A stretch of 64,000 nucleotides of DNA from Bacteroidia bacterium (GCA_049115495.1 JAGDZV010000005.1:56901-120900); one strand, 5' to 3'. Numbered from the stretch's first letter, positions 17,484-28,198 are shown. The notes: generated from the sequence alone by a model not told the origin. Translations and numbers: made by a program.

Positions 17484-18671
17484 TTATCTCATTAGAATAC
17501 TACTATCGCCATAGCTTAAAAATCTATAGTCATTATTTATCGCATGCGAGTAAATGGTTTTCCATTCATTACCAACTATAGCTGCAATTAGCGCCAATAG
17601 CGTGCTTTTGGGTTGATGAAAGTTAGTAATTAAACCATCAATCATTTTAAAACTATATCCTGGCATTGTAAATAATGCGGTAGTTGCCTTAAGTTCCTTT
17701 TGCCCTTCTTGCTCTAATCTGTCTATTAAAATACTAATGGCTTCTTGTTTGCTAATTTTTGCTTCAAGTTCATAAGAATCAGAGGTAAATAGTTGGTTTG
17801 CTAACCGGCCTTGTTTTTTAGATTTTAAGGCAAGCCAGTAAAGGCTCTCAAGTGTTCTTAGGCTAGTGGTGCCAACAGCTATTATCTTATCTTTTTTCAA
17901 AAGCCATTTAAGAAAACTTATACTTACAACAATATGTTCGTGGTGCATATTGTGTTTGTCAAGCGTTTCGGCTTTTACAGGTTGAAAAGTTCCAGCACTT
18001 ACATGAAGCGTTACATAGTTTTGTTCAACCCCAGCATTAGACAGCTTTTGCAATTGTTCGTCGGTAAAATGGAGTCCTGCGGTTGGCGCAGCAACAGCAC
18101 CATTATTTTGAGCGTAAACGGTTTGGTATCTTTTCTTATCGTCTTCAGTTGATTTTCTGTTAAGGTAAGGAGGCAATGGCACCTCGCCAGCTGCATTAAG
18201 TATATGAGCAAATGCCTCACCGCTATCCCAATCAAATTGAACCAAAACACTATCGTTAAGTCTTTTGTAAATCTTCGCCTTTAAGATTCCTTTAGTCGTG
18301 GCATATTCAAGTGTATCATGGTCTTTAAACCTTTTAAGGTTACCCACCATGCATTTCCAAATGGCACTTTTGGTTTCTTGCATGGCCACGTTAATTTCAG
18401 TTTCAAAAGGTTCAAGACAAAAAACTTCAATTTGAGAGCCTGTTGCTTTAGAAAATTTTAACCTGGCGGCTACCACTTTGGTATTGTTCATAACCAAACA
18501 AGCATTGGGCGGCAAAAACGATTCAAGGTTACTAAAAATAGCATCCCTTATTTGGCCATTTTCATAAACCAGCAACTTTGAGCGATTGCGTTGTTTTAAT
18601 GGATATTTAGCAATTCTTTCATCAGGAAGATTGTAATCAAAATCATTAATAGAAAGTGCAGGAATACTCAT
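17484..18671 (-). CDS. queA: S-adenosylmethionine:tRNA ribosyltransferase-isomerase
   Basis: FDYNLPDERIAKYP, PLPPYL.R, YQTVYA, AVAAPTAGLHFT, TNFHQPKSTL, YRFLSYGD. Confidence 0.95.
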   Translation of the reverse strand: MSIPALSINDFDYNLPDERIAKYPLKQRNRSKLLVYENGQIRDAIFSNLESFLPPNACLVMNNTKVVAARLKFSKATGSQIEVFCLEPFETEINVAMQETKSAIWKCMVGNLKRFKDHDTLEYATTKGILKAKIYKRLNDSVLVQFDWDSGEAFAHILNAAGEVPLPPYLNRKSTEDDKKRYQTVYAQNNGAVAAPTAGLHFTDEQLQKLSNAGVEQNYVTLHVSAGTFQPVKAETLDKHNMHHEHIVVSISFLKWLLKKDKIIAVGTTSLRTLESLYWLALKSKKQGRLANQLFTSDSYELEAKISKQEAISILIDRLEQEGQKELKATTALFTMPGYSFKMIDGLITNFHQPKSTLLALIAAIVGNEWKTIYSHAINNDYRFLSYGDSSILMR

Positions 18672-18675
18672 GCAG

Positions 18676-18683
18676 CAAATTTA
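18676..18683 (-). promoter_or_regulatory. Bacteroidota -7 promoter box for queA
   Basis: TAAATTTG on the minus strand, 4 nt before the ATG. Confidence 0.55.
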
Positions 18684-18739
18684 TTGGGCCAATCTATATC
18701 TGGTATATGGTAGTTGAATTCATAGCCGTTTTCATTAAA

Positions 18740-18747
18740 TAACTTTG
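18740..18747 (+). promoter_or_regulatory. Bacteroidota -7 promoter box
   Basis: TAACTTTG upstream of the 18762-mutL-rhomboid operon. Confidence 0.55.
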
Positions 18748-18761
18748 TAAACTTGTAAGTC

Positions 18762-19130
18762 ATGATTTTTTCGAAATCAAAACAAATTCAACACCGCAGA
18801 TTTTCTTATGAACCGCGCTATGCTAAGGGTGATAATAAGGAAAAAGTAATAAGCTTTAGAGAAGAAGGTGCTTTTTTGGCGCGTAAAGAAGAAGTAGCCG
18901 GCAGCATGCGAAACCTTAAATATGCAAAAAGAACGCCCAAGCGATCAGTACATAAGTTTACCAAGTTTATTCTTCTAATTGCACTAATGGGGGTTATTTA
19001 CTTAATGTATTCTGATGCATTTGTGATTTCTGAGGCCTGGGGTGGTGAGCTTACCAAGGTGATGTTTGGTTTTGCCATTCTTTTTGTCTTTTTGGTTTAT
19101 TTTATAAAGAAATCGAATAGCAGCATTTAA
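18762..19130 (+). CDS. small membrane protein (hypothetical)
   Basis: RRFSYEPRY N-terminal motif typical of the ORF preceding mutL in Bacteroidota. Two TM segments; TAATG overlap with mutL. Confidence 0.7.
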   Translation: MIFSKSKQIQHRRFSYEPRYAKGDNKEKVISFREEGAFLARKEEVAGSMRNLKYAKRTPKRSVHKFTKFILLIALMGVIYLMYSDAFVISEAWGGELTKVMFGFAILFVFLVYFIKKSNSSI

Positions 19131-20983
19131 TGTCGAGTATAATCGAATTGTTGCCAGATGCCATTGCAAATCAAATTGCGGCTGGTGAGGTAGTACAGCG
19201 TCCAGCTTCAGTTGTTAAAGAAACATTAGAAAACGCTCTTGATGCTGGGGCTACAGAAATTCAACTTTCAATTCAAGAAGCAGGTAAGTCAATGATACAG
19301 ATCATTGACAACGGTAAAGGCATGAATGAAACTGATGCGCGTATGTGCTTTGAGCGCCATGCCACTTCAAAAATCAAAAAGGTTGATGATCTTTTTAATA
19401 TTCACACTTTTGGGTTTAGGGGTGAGGCCATGGCATCAATTGGTGCAGTAGCAAGGGTTGAGCTTAAAACTAAACAAGCACATGATGAACTTGGTACTGA
19501 GATTTTAATTGAAGATTCAAGGGTTTTAAGTCAGCAGCCGGCAGCAACAAAAAATGGAACATGCATTACAGTTAAAAATCTTTTTTTTAATGTACCTGCC
19601 CGAAAAAACTTTCTAAAATCAAACAAAGTAGAAATAAGGCATATTTCAGACGAGTTTGTAAGAGCAGCCTTATCTAGGCCAGATGTAGCTTTTAAATTTT
19701 ATATCGACAATGATTTGACCTACGACTTAAGGTCGGGGAATTTTAAGAAGCGAGTTATTCAACTATTTGGTAAAGCCTACGAAAAGGCAATGGTTGAAGT
19801 AAAAGAAGACTCAGCAATTGTGAAAATTAGCGGATATGTAGCTACACCTGAAATGGCAAAAAAAACACGGGGAGATCAATTTTTTCTTGCCAATGGTCGT
19901 TTTATAAAAAGTCCATATTTCAATCATTCGGTAGTTGGCGCCTTTGAAAAGCTTATACCTGAAGGTTATTATCCAGCTTATTTCTTAAAGTTTGAGTTAG
20001 AGCCTTCAAAACTTGATGTAAATGTGCACCCAACAAAAACCGAAGTAAAGTTTGAAGATGATAAAGCCATTTACGCCATACTTAGCGCGGCTATTAAAAA
20101 GGCCTTAAACGATTTTCATGTAGCGCCCGTAATTGATTTTGACCAAGATAAAGCCAACTTAGAGCATTGGATGCAAGGTTCCAATTCAAGTAAAAATATT
20201 GGCTTTTCTGCTCACGCCAGTAGCAAAGAATCATTAACAAATAAGGTGAGTTCAATTTGGACACCTCCGGCATACTTAAACCAGCAACCGGCCCAAGGCG
20301 CCAGTAATTGGAAAAGCCTTTATCAGGGTTTAGAAAATACTGGTCATGAAAAAGGAAATCACCTTCAAAATGTAGAACGTGAAAAGCCATCGGCCAGTCT
20401 AAAGAGCCTAGTTGATTTTGAAATTGACAAGAAGCCCTTTCAATTGGCCAATAAGTATTTGGTGAGCACAATTAGGTCGGGCTTGTTGCTTGTGCATCAA
20501 AATAGAGCTCATGAAAGAGTACTGTATGAAAAGTTTAGCAAGAGTATAAAAGAAGGAAAGTCAAAAACCCAAAAAAAGCTTTTCCCTGAAGTGGTTCAAC
20601 TCAATGCCAATCAATACAAAGCCATTATGGCTTGTTTAAATCAAATAAATGATATTGGTTTTGAGCTTTCTTCTTTTGGTAATAATGCCATTCTAGTTAA
20701 TGGTTTGCCAGAAGAAGTAAGTGATGATAGCTGCGAACTGGTGGTACGCAAAATGGCCGATGAATTTAGTAAAGATAATACCGATGACACCTTGTCATTA
20801 AAAGATAGCTTGGCAAAATCTTTGGCAAAGGGTGCTGCAATTAAAACAGGCAAAACCTTAAGCCAGCAAGAAGTGTTGGCCATTATAGAACAATTGTTTG
20901 CCTGTAAAGAACCATATTATTCAATTGATGGTAAGCAAACTCTACAAGTAATGTCAATTGATGAGCTCGATAACAAATTTTAA
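19130..20983 (+). CDS. mutL: DNA mismatch repair protein MutL
   Basis: NQIAAGEVVQRPASVVKE, ERHATSKI, FGFRGEAMASI, DVNVHPTKTEVKF. Confidence 0.97.
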   Translation: MSSIIELLPDAIANQIAAGEVVQRPASVVKETLENALDAGATEIQLSIQEAGKSMIQIIDNGKGMNETDARMCFERHATSKIKKVDDLFNIHTFGFRGEAMASIGAVARVELKTKQAHDELGTEILIEDSRVLSQQPAATKNGTCITVKNLFFNVPARKNFLKSNKVEIRHISDEFVRAALSRPDVAFKFYIDNDLTYDLRSGNFKKRVIQLFGKAYEKAMVEVKEDSAIVKISGYVATPEMAKKTRGDQFFLANGRFIKSPYFNHSVVGAFEKLIPEGYYPAYFLKFELEPSKLDVNVHPTKTEVKFEDDKAIYAILSAAIKKALNDFHVAPVIDFDQDKANLEHWMQGSNSSKNIGFSAHASSKESLTNKVSSIWTPPAYLNQQPAQGASNWKSLYQGLENTGHEKGNHLQNVEREKPSASLKSLVDFEIDKKPFQLANKYLVSTIRSGLLLVHQNRAHERVLYEKFSKSIKEGKSKTQKKLFPEVVQLNANQYKAIMACLNQINDIGFELSSFGNNAILVNGLPEEVSDDSCELVVRKMADEFSKDNTDDTLSLKDSLAKSLAKGAAIKTGKTLSQQEVLAIIEQLFACKEPYYSIDGKQTLQVMSIDELDNKF

Positions 20984-20986
20984 AAA

Positions 20987-21682
20987 ATGAATTTTAGACT
21001 TCCTGATATTGTAAAAAACCTATTAATAATAAATGGGCTTTTCTTTTTAGCGCTTTCATTGTACCCAGACTTTATGTTCGAAAAGTTCGCACTTTACTTT
21101 CCAAAGTCAGAGTATTTCATGCCACATCAATTCGTTACACATATGTTTATGCATGGTGGCTTTAATCATATTTTGGGTAATATGTTTGGTCTGTTCTTTT
21201 TAGGCCCAATGCTAGAGTATAGAATGGGAGCTAAAAGATTTTTAACCTATTACATAATTACTGGCCTTGGGGCTGCGGCCTTGCATTTAGGCGTAGCTTA
21301 TCTTCAATACTTTAGCTATGTAGGCGAGTTAGGAACTGATGTGGCTAATGAAATAATGCAACTGGGCTACGATTATAGATTTACAAATGATCTTGAGGTT
21401 TCATTTCTAAAATTCCTTTACACGCCAACTGTAGGGGCCTCAGGTGCTGTTTTTGGTATTCTACTGGCTTTTGGTATGTTGTTTCCCAATGTAGAATTAA
21501 TGATGATCTTTATACCCATTCCCATAAAGGCAAAATACTTTGTTTTGGGTTATGGCGTGCTTGAGCTTTTTCTAGGGCTTAGCAATAACCCTGGAGACAA
21601 TGTGGCGCATTTTGCGCATTTAGGTGGTATGTTGTTCGGGTTTTTCTTAATCAGGCAATGGCGCAGTAAGGGTTTTATTTAG
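20987..21682 (+). CDS. rhomboid family intramembrane serine protease
   Basis: MFMHGG..HI..NM, catalytic GASG, VAHFAHLGG. Confidence 0.93.
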   Translation: MNFRLPDIVKNLLIINGLFFLALSLYPDFMFEKFALYFPKSEYFMPHQFVTHMFMHGGFNHILGNMFGLFFLGPMLEYRMGAKRFLTYYIITGLGAAALHLGVAYLQYFSYVGELGTDVANEIMQLGYDYRFTNDLEVSFLKFLYTPTVGASGAVFGILLAFGMLFPNVELMMIFIPIPIKAKYFVLGYGVLELFLGLSNNPGDNVAHFAHLGGMLFGFFLIRQWRSKGFI

Positions 21683-21720
21683 AGAATAGGTATTTTCGAA
21701 AAACAATAAATAGGCTGGCG

Positions 21721-22809
21721 ATGAGTAACATATTTGAGATTGACGGTGAAATAGAAGACAACTTTGACGAAAACGGAGACGATAAAAACTCCAAAAAGGA
21801 TAAGAAGAAAGAAAAAAAGAAAAAAGATACCCCGCCTATCGATAATTCATCGGCCGATGAATCAACTGCAAATGCTGATAAAGATGAATCGACAACTAAT
21901 GATGATACGCATTGGTACGATAAATATTTACCAGAAGAGGATGGCCCTGAGAATAACAGTTCTAGCGAAGATGTAAGTGATGAAATAAGCGCTCCAGTTT
22001 TTGAAATTGAGAACGATGAACCTAAAACGGAGGGTGATGAAAGTGATTTACCATCTGTAGATGATATTACGCAAGAAGAAATTGATGAAGTTTTGGCCGA
22101 GATTGATGAAGGTGAAAAAGAATTGGCCGCATCTGATTTTTCTGATGATTATGTTGAAGAAGAGGAAACAATAGGTCAAGGCGAAGATGAAGAAGTTCAT
22201 GAATCTTTTGATGAGATTTTTCCTCCAAGAAATAAAAAACCAGTAGCAATTGGCACCTGGATTTTCTTGACACTGTTTTTAATTTCCCTTACATTATTAG
22301 GTTATTATCAGTTTTATGATGGCAAAAGCTTTTCAATAGACTTTGCGCATAGAAGCAGCGGCAATGTGAGTCAACTCGATTCCATTACCGAAAAATATTC
22401 GGCGCAAGTAAAGGAACTTGAAGATCAGCAAAAGATTATAGAAGAATTAACTACTAAAATTCAAGAGCTAAATGCTGTGAGCTTGGAGTTGGCAAAGGAT
22501 ACGGTTTCAGAATCGAAAGTGCTTAGCAATAATGGTACACCAGCATTTGAAGGTGTAGATTTAAGCAAAGGCACTTATTACCAAGTACAGCTAATAGCAC
22601 TGCAGCAGTACCACCCTTCTTTTGGCAAAAGCGAAAATGCGTTTTATGTTGATAAGGAAAACGGATATAGTAAAATGCTAATGGGTGCTTTTGATGATGA
22701 AAGCCAGGCCAAAATGCTTTACGAAAAAGTTAGAAAGGCAGGTTTTAACGATGCATTTATAGTTAAGAAAGAAAACGGTAAGCGGGTAGAATACAACCCT
22801 TTTGAGTAA
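21721..22809 (+). CDS. single-TM protein with long acidic N-terminus, coiled coil and C-terminal SPOR-like domain
   Basis: ~165 aa D/E-rich region, one TM (IGTWIFLTLFLISLTLLGYY), and C-terminal YYQVQLIA...KMLMGAF...A...VRKAGFNDAFIV. Confidence 0.75.
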   Translation: MSNIFEIDGEIEDNFDENGDDKNSKKDKKKEKKKKDTPPIDNSSADESTANADKDESTTNDDTHWYDKYLPEEDGPENNSSSEDVSDEISAPVFEIENDEPKTEGDESDLPSVDDITQEEIDEVLAEIDEGEKELAASDFSDDYVEEEETIGQGEDEEVHESFDEIFPPRNKKPVAIGTWIFLTLFLISLTLLGYYQFYDGKSFSIDFAHRSSGNVSQLDSITEKYSAQVKELEDQQKIIEELTTKIQELNAVSLELAKDTVSESKVLSNNGTPAFEGVDLSKGTYYQVQLIALQQYHPSFGKSENAFYVDKENGYSKMLMGAFDDESQAKMLYEKVRKAGFNDAFIVKKENGKRVEYNPFE

Positions 22810-22818
22810 ATAATCCGA

Positions 22819-22826
22819 TACCTTTG
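22819..22826 (+). promoter_or_regulatory. Bacteroidota -7 promoter box
   Basis: TACCTTTG(CA) upstream of thiL. Confidence 0.65.
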
Positions 22827-22853
22827 CAGGCTATTTAAAAAGGTATCACAGTA

Positions 22854-23903
22854 ATGGAAAGCCCAAACCCTAGTTTTACTCCACTAGCAGAACTTGGAGA
22901 GTTTCAAATTATAGATAGAATTGAGAAAAGGTTTAGGCAGCGAAATGCCAGTAGCTTAAAACTAATTGGCGATGATGCTGCTCAAATTTTTTACCCCAAC
23001 GGTCATTCATTAATAAGCACCGACATGTTTGTACATGGCGTGCATTTTGATCTTGACTATTTTCCGCTTCAACATCTGGGTTACAAAGCAATTGTAGCAG
23101 GTATATCTGATATATATGCAATGAACGCAAAACCAAGACAAGTTTTTTTGTCTTTGGCCCTTTCAAGTCATTTTTCAGTTGAGATGCTCGATCTTTTTTA
23201 TGATGGAATTGAACAAGCATGCGAAGATTATAATGTTGACCTAGCAGGTGGCGACCTTACCACCGTGCAGCGCGGAATGATTATAAATGTAACCGCCATA
23301 GGTGAAGCCGAAAAAGAAAAAGTAGTTTACCGTAATGGTGCTCAAACTAACGATTTAATTTGCGTTACGGGAGATTTAGGCGCCGCATATCTTGGACTAC
23401 AGCTTTTAGAAAGAGAAAAGAAGGTTTACATAGCAAACCCAGAAGTACAGCCTGAGCTTAAAGAAGAGAACCAGTATTTGTATCAGCGTTTTTTAAAACC
23501 AGATACGCGCGATGATATCATCAAGTTTTTTGCAGAGAAAGAAATTGTACCAACGTCAATGATTGATATTAGCGATGGTTTATCTTCAGAAATTATGCAT
23601 TTGGCTTCTCAATCATCTAAAGGGGCGCAGATTTATGAAAACAAATTACCACTGCATCCATCTACAGTTGAGGTTTCAGAAGAGTTTCAGTTAAACCCAA
23701 CTACTTGCGCGCTCAACGGCGGAGAAGACTACGAGTTGTTATTTACAGTAAATCCAGGCCATTACGCCGCATTAGCTGAGAAAAAAGATATTAGCATAAT
23801 AGGACATATTACAGATCAAAACGGTATTTGCAATTTGGTTACGAGAAACGAAAATGTATTCCCATTAAGGTCGCAAGGTTGGGAAGCATATGGTAGCGAA
23901 TAG
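22854..23903 (+). CDS. thiL: thiamine-monophosphate kinase
   Basis: LGEF..I, IGDDAA, GVHFD, GGD.T, MIDISDGLSSE, GGEDYELLFT. Confidence 0.95.
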   Translation: MESPNPSFTPLAELGEFQIIDRIEKRFRQRNASSLKLIGDDAAQIFYPNGHSLISTDMFVHGVHFDLDYFPLQHLGYKAIVAGISDIYAMNAKPRQVFLSLALSSHFSVEMLDLFYDGIEQACEDYNVDLAGGDLTTVQRGMIINVTAIGEAEKEKVVYRNGAQTNDLICVTGDLGAAYLGLQLLEREKKVYIANPEVQPELKEENQYLYQRFLKPDTRDDIIKFFAEKEIVPTSMIDISDGLSSEIMHLASQSSKGAQIYENKLPLHPSTVEVSEEFQLNPTTCALNGGEDYELLFTVNPGHYAALAEKKDISIIGHITDQNGICNLVTRNENVFPLRSQGWEAYGSE

Positions 23904-23955
23904 TCTCTATATCAATAATTAGGAACTCAAATATTTGTTTATTGCATTTAAAAAA

Positions 23956-23963
23956 TACCTTTG
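23956..23963 (+). promoter_or_regulatory. Bacteroidota -7 promoter box
   Basis: TACCTTTG(CA) upstream of ndk. Confidence 0.65.
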
Positions 23964-23991
23964 CACCGATTTTTTAGAAGATTAGCACAAA

Positions 23992-24408
23992 ATGAGCAAC
24001 ATTACATTTACAATGATTAAGCCTGATGCTTTTGCAGAAGGACACACAGGCAAGATTTTAGACATGATCTTAGAAGCTGGATTTAGCATTAAGGCCATGA
24101 AAACAGTACAACTAACAGCCGCAACCGCCGGATCTTTTTACGAAGTACATAAAGAGCGTCCTTTTTATAACGACTTGTGCAACTACATGTCTTCAGGGCC
24201 AATTGTAGCTGCTGTATTAGAAAAAGATAACGCCGTGGCTGACTTTAGAACACTTATAGGTGCTACGAATCCTGCCGATGCTGCTGAAGGAACAATTAGA
24301 AAGAAGTTTGCAAAATCTATAGAAGCAAACGCTGTGCACGGATCAGATTCCGACGAAAATGCTCAAATTGAGGCTAATTTCTACTTCTCTCAATTAGAAA
24401 GGGTATAA
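23992..24408 (+). CDS. ndk: nucleoside diphosphate kinase
   Basis: [33 protein letters not shown]. Confidence 0.97.
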   Translation: MSNITFTMIKPDAFAEGHTGKILDMILEAGFSIKAMKTVQLTAATAGSFYEVHKERPFYNDLCNYMSSGPIVAAVLEKDNAVADFRTLIGATNPADAAEGTIRKKFAKSIEANAVHGSDSDENAQIEANFYFSQLERV

Positions 24409-24450
24409 TCTTTTTTCATATTTTTGGCGAAAACCTGAATAAAACGGTTT

Positions 24451-25431
24451 ATGAGCACTGAAGAATACAACGACAACGAAGAATTCGAACCACAAGATTC
24501 TTACGAATCAGACTACGAGGAAGAAGAAGAGAAGCCAAGAAAAGGTTCTCGTGTAGTTTTAATTATTGCGGTTGCAGCGCTTGTAGGGCTTAACGTATTT
24601 CTAGGGTGGAATATTTATAGCCAAACAGAAAAGCTGAAAGAAAAAGAGGCTGAAATTGCAGAGCTTGATTCGCAAAGGGTTATGTTATTAGCCAAAGTAG
24701 ATAGTCTAACTTCTCATGTAGAAGTTTTAGATAGCGAAGCAGCACTTAAAGATAGCACACTAGCACAATTAAAAGAGTCGCTTGAAACACTCAAATCACA
24801 ACTCTCAGATAAGGACTCGTACATTTCTACCCTTGAGCAATACAGGGATATGTACAAGAAATACAAGGGTTATGAAGAAAAGTATAATCAAGCACAAAAA
24901 GACATTGAGCTACTGAAACAAGAGAAAGAAGAGGCCTTAGCGCGTGCGCAAGAAGCAGAGAACGCAAACGATACGCTCACTCAACGTTTAAACGAAATGA
25001 ACGATGCTAGAGAGCAACTCGAAAACAAAGTAAACCTTGGTAAAAGACTTTCTGGTAACATAAAATCACTGGTAACAATTAGTGGTAAGAAAAGTGCTAA
25101 ACCAACAACAAAGGCAAGCCAAGCAGCAAAGCTTCAAGTTAAGTATACAGTTGCGGCAAACGCTATAGCCGATAAAGGAACAAAGACAGCTTATATAATT
25201 GTAAAGCCAAAATCAGGTGGAGACGTTTTTACCACTGAAGGCTTTGAATTTGAATTAGATGGCGGAAAGAGAATTTCTTATACTCATAAAGACGAATTGA
25301 AGTACAACGGTAAAGAAACATCATCTAACCCAACCTTTGCTCTACCAGAAGACCTTGCTAAAGGAGATTACACTGTAGACATTTATCTTGACGGAAAGGT
25401 ATTGGCTACTAGTGCTTTCAACCTTAGATAG
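24451..25431 (+). CDS. membrane-anchored coiled-coil protein with C-terminal Ig-like domain (hypothetical)
   Basis: Acidic N-terminus, one TM, ~140 aa heptad-rich region, and C-terminal beta domain ending GDYTVDIYLDG. Confidence 0.7.
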   Translation: MSTEEYNDNEEFEPQDSYESDYEEEEEKPRKGSRVVLIIAVAALVGLNVFLGWNIYSQTEKLKEKEAEIAELDSQRVMLLAKVDSLTSHVEVLDSEAALKDSTLAQLKESLETLKSQLSDKDSYISTLEQYRDMYKKYKGYEEKYNQAQKDIELLKQEKEEALARAQEAENANDTLTQRLNEMNDAREQLENKVNLGKRLSGNIKSLVTISGKKSAKPTTKASQAAKLQVKYTVAANAIADKGTKTAYIIVKPKSGGDVFTTEGFEFELDGGKRISYTHKDELKYNGKETSSNPTFALPEDLAKGDYTVDIYLDGKVLATSAFNLR

Positions 25432-25487
25432 GCTTTCACCATTACATATTAACCCCAATACACGAAGACGAATAGAATTTGTAGCGA

Positions 25488-27680
25488 ATGGCAACTATTG
25501 GTAAAATTAGACAGCGCTCAGGTGCGCTTATATTCATTATCGCCGCGGCATTATTGCTGTTTTTATTGAGCGATGTTCTGAGCAACAATCAGAGTTTATT
25601 AGGTCCTAGCATAGAAACATCTGTAGGTACTATAGACGGAAGAGAAGTTGACGCAAGGTATTTTGAGCAACTGTATGACAGATATCTGTCTAATGCCAAG
25701 AACCAAAGAAACACCAAAGAGCTTTCTACTGCTGAAAGAACTCAGGTAAACAATCAAACATGGCAATACATTGTAGAAGATCAGCTTCTTACCCAAGAGT
25801 ATGAGTCATTAGGTATGAGTATTACTGAAAAAGAGATGAATGATGCCGCTTATGGCGTTACACCTCATCAGTACTTTACTCAAATTCCTGCTTTTCAAAA
25901 CGAGGCTAAACAGTTTGATCCCGCTAAGCTGAGAGAGTTTGTAAATAACTTTGATCAAGTGCCATTAGAAAGTCAAATTGCTTGGAACGATCTTTTAGAA
26001 GACGTGAAGAATGATAAGATTAGAACCAAGTATTTTTCATTGATTTCTAAAGCGCTTTATATGACTGACCTTGAGGCTAAAGATGAGTACCTAGGTCAAA
26101 ACAAGCAATCTTCAATCAAATTTGTAAGGCTAAAAACAGCTGATCTTGATGATGAAAATTTCGAAGTAAGCGAAGAGGAAGTTAGAAAGTATGCTCAAGA
26201 AAACGATAAAGTTTACGAAAACAATGAGCGCAGCATTCAGTATGTAAGTTTTACGGTTGATGCCAGTAAAGAAGACACAACGGCAACTCAAAATGAGGTA
26301 AATACACTAGCTAAAGAATTTGAAACAGAAGAGAGAGCTGGTTCTTTTGCAAGATTAAATAGCGATGGTGAAACTGGTGGCGATCAATTTTACAGCATTG
26401 CAGATCTTTCAAAATCTGGCATAGTTGCTCAAGATGTAGCTGAGCAGATTTTCACTGATTCAATTGGAACTGTGTATGGCCCAACCTACGAGTTCGGTAC
26501 CTACAAAATTGTTAAGGTTTTTGAAGAAGAAGCTCAAGCAGAAATTGAAGTTGATGAGAGAGATGCCGAAGGAAACGTAATTGGCAAAAAATCTGAGTTA
26601 AACTTTAATACTAATTTTAGAGCTGCTCACATTCTTATTAAGCCAGAAGGCGATACCGATGCTGATACGGCTACTGCAATGGCTGAGGCACGCAAGATTT
26701 TGAATAGAGCCAAAAGCGGAGAAGATTTTGCAGAACTGGCCAAAGAATTTGGTACTGATGGCACAAAGGATAAAGGCGGAGATCTTGGATGGTGGCAAGA
26801 TGGCGGAATGGTTAAGGCTTTCCAAAATGGAGTAAATAGTATGAGCAAAGGAGACTTGAAAGTAGTTAAGTCGAGATTTGGTGCCCATGTTATTAGCCTT
26901 ACTCATGATCCGGTAAACGTTAGAAGAAAAATTGCCGTAATTGAAAAACAGATTATCCCATCAGAACAAACAGAAAAGAATGTTTATGCCAAGGCAGCAG
27001 AATTTTGGGATAAAGCGCAAACAGCTGAAGAGTTTATTAATACTACCCGTGAGCTAAATTTAAATATTGGTGTTGCTGAGAACATTAAGCAAGACGATAA
27101 TACGATTACCGGTTTTACAGATGGTAAAAGATTGGTTTCTTGGGCATTTAAGCAAGAAGCAGTTGATGCTATTACTAAAGATATTATGACAATTGATAAC
27201 TCTTATGTAATTGCAATGCTTACTGAAATAAAGGTTGAAGGAGATCTAAATATTGTAGATAACCAAGCTGATATTGAGGCCAGCGTAATTCGTGAAAAGA
27301 AATTAGATGAGCTTGAAACAAAAATGAACGGTGCATATACTGCCGATCTTGATGCCATAGCATCTGCTTTAGGTGTTGAAGTTGAAACAGCTTCAAATGT
27401 TAATTTCAATACACCTTTAATTGCCAATTTGGGTAGCGAGCTCAAGGTTATTGGTGCAGTTTCAGGTTTAAAAGATGGCGCAGTTTCAAATGTAATTCGC
27501 GGATCTGAAGGCATTTATGTTGTAATGCTTGAAGGCGCATCTGAAGTAGAACTACCAGAAAGCTTTGCCGAATACAAAGGCAATCAGATTAGCAGTAAAG
27601 CAACAAGTTCAAGATTTGATGTTTTACCTGCACTTAAGAAAACCATTGAGATTGCAGATAGACGTTACAACTTCTATTAA
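25488..27680 (+). CDS. PpiD/SurA-type peptidyl-prolyl isomerase chaperone
   Basis: MATIGKIRQR plus TM, SurA N-domain, and parvulin motif AAHILIK...GEDFAELAKEF..D...KGGDLGW...FGAHVI. Confidence 0.9.
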   Translation: MATIGKIRQRSGALIFIIAAALLLFLLSDVLSNNQSLLGPSIETSVGTIDGREVDARYFEQLYDRYLSNAKNQRNTKELSTAERTQVNNQTWQYIVEDQLLTQEYESLGMSITEKEMNDAAYGVTPHQYFTQIPAFQNEAKQFDPAKLREFVNNFDQVPLESQIAWNDLLEDVKNDKIRTKYFSLISKALYMTDLEAKDEYLGQNKQSSIKFVRLKTADLDDENFEVSEEEVRKYAQENDKVYENNERSIQYVSFTVDASKEDTTATQNEVNTLAKEFETEERAGSFARLNSDGETGGDQFYSIADLSKSGIVAQDVAEQIFTDSIGTVYGPTYEFGTYKIVKVFEEEAQAEIEVDERDAEGNVIGKKSELNFNTNFRAAHILIKPEGDTDADTATAMAEARKILNRAKSGEDFAELAKEFGTDGTKDKGGDLGWWQDGGMVKAFQNGVNSMSKGDLKVVKSRFGAHVISLTHDPVNVRRKIAVIEKQIIPSEQTEKNVYAKAAEFWDKAQTAEEFINTTRELNLNIGVAENIKQDDNTITGFTDGKRLVSWAFKQEAVDAITKDIMTIDNSYVIAMLTEIKVEGDLNIVDNQADIEASVIREKKLDELETKMNGAYTADLDAIASALGVEVETASNVNFNTPLIANLGSELKVIGAVSGLKDGAVSNVIRGSEGIYVVMLEGASEVELPESFAEYKGNQISSKATSSRFDVLPALKKTIEIADRRYNFY

Positions 27681-27688
27681 TCACAACT

Positions 27689-28198
27689 GTGTCTGAAGAA
27701 ATCAGAAATCGGGTTGCCGAGAGTGGCATTATAAATTTAGACCCGGCCGATTTTTATCCAAAACAAAACATATTAGAACTTGATATCAAACCCTGGTTAT
27801 TCCAGGGTTTGTTGTTGAAAGAGAAAGACTTTAGAAAGTACCTTGCCGATCACGATTGGAACCAGTACAATCAAAAGTGTGTAGGTGTTTATTGCAGCGC
27901 TGATGCCATTATACCACAATGGGCTTATATGCTGCTGGCATCTTATTTACATGAAAGTGGCGCTGAGTTTTATGTTGGTAATAAAACCAAAGTGGCACGG
28001 CAGATTTTGGCAAAAAACATTGCCATACATAACTACGAAAAATACTTAGATTCAAGGATAATAATTAAAGGATGTGGAGAATACCCTATTCCTGATAGTG
28101 CTTACTTAGAGCTAACAAAAAGATTAACCCCATTTGCAAAATCTGTAATGTACGGTGAAGCTTGCTCTACCGTACCCATCTATAAAAAGAAAAAGTAA
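27689..28198 (+). CDS. DUF2480 family protein
   Basis: [47 protein letters not shown]. Confidence 0.85.
   Translation: MSEEIRNRVAESGIINLDPADFYPKQNILELDIKPWLFQGLLLKEKDFRKYLADHDWNQYNQKCVGVYCSADAIIPQWAYMLLASYLHESGAEFYVGNKTKVARQILAKNIAIHNYEKYLDSRIIIKGCGEYPIPDSAYLELTKRLTPFAKSVMYGEACSTVPIYKKKK

Noticed and set aside
20480-20983. Degenerate MutL endonuclease motifs (HQNRAHER, no CPHGRP)
   Set aside because: To my knowledge similar divergence is common in Bacteroidota MutL, so it is not specific to this window.
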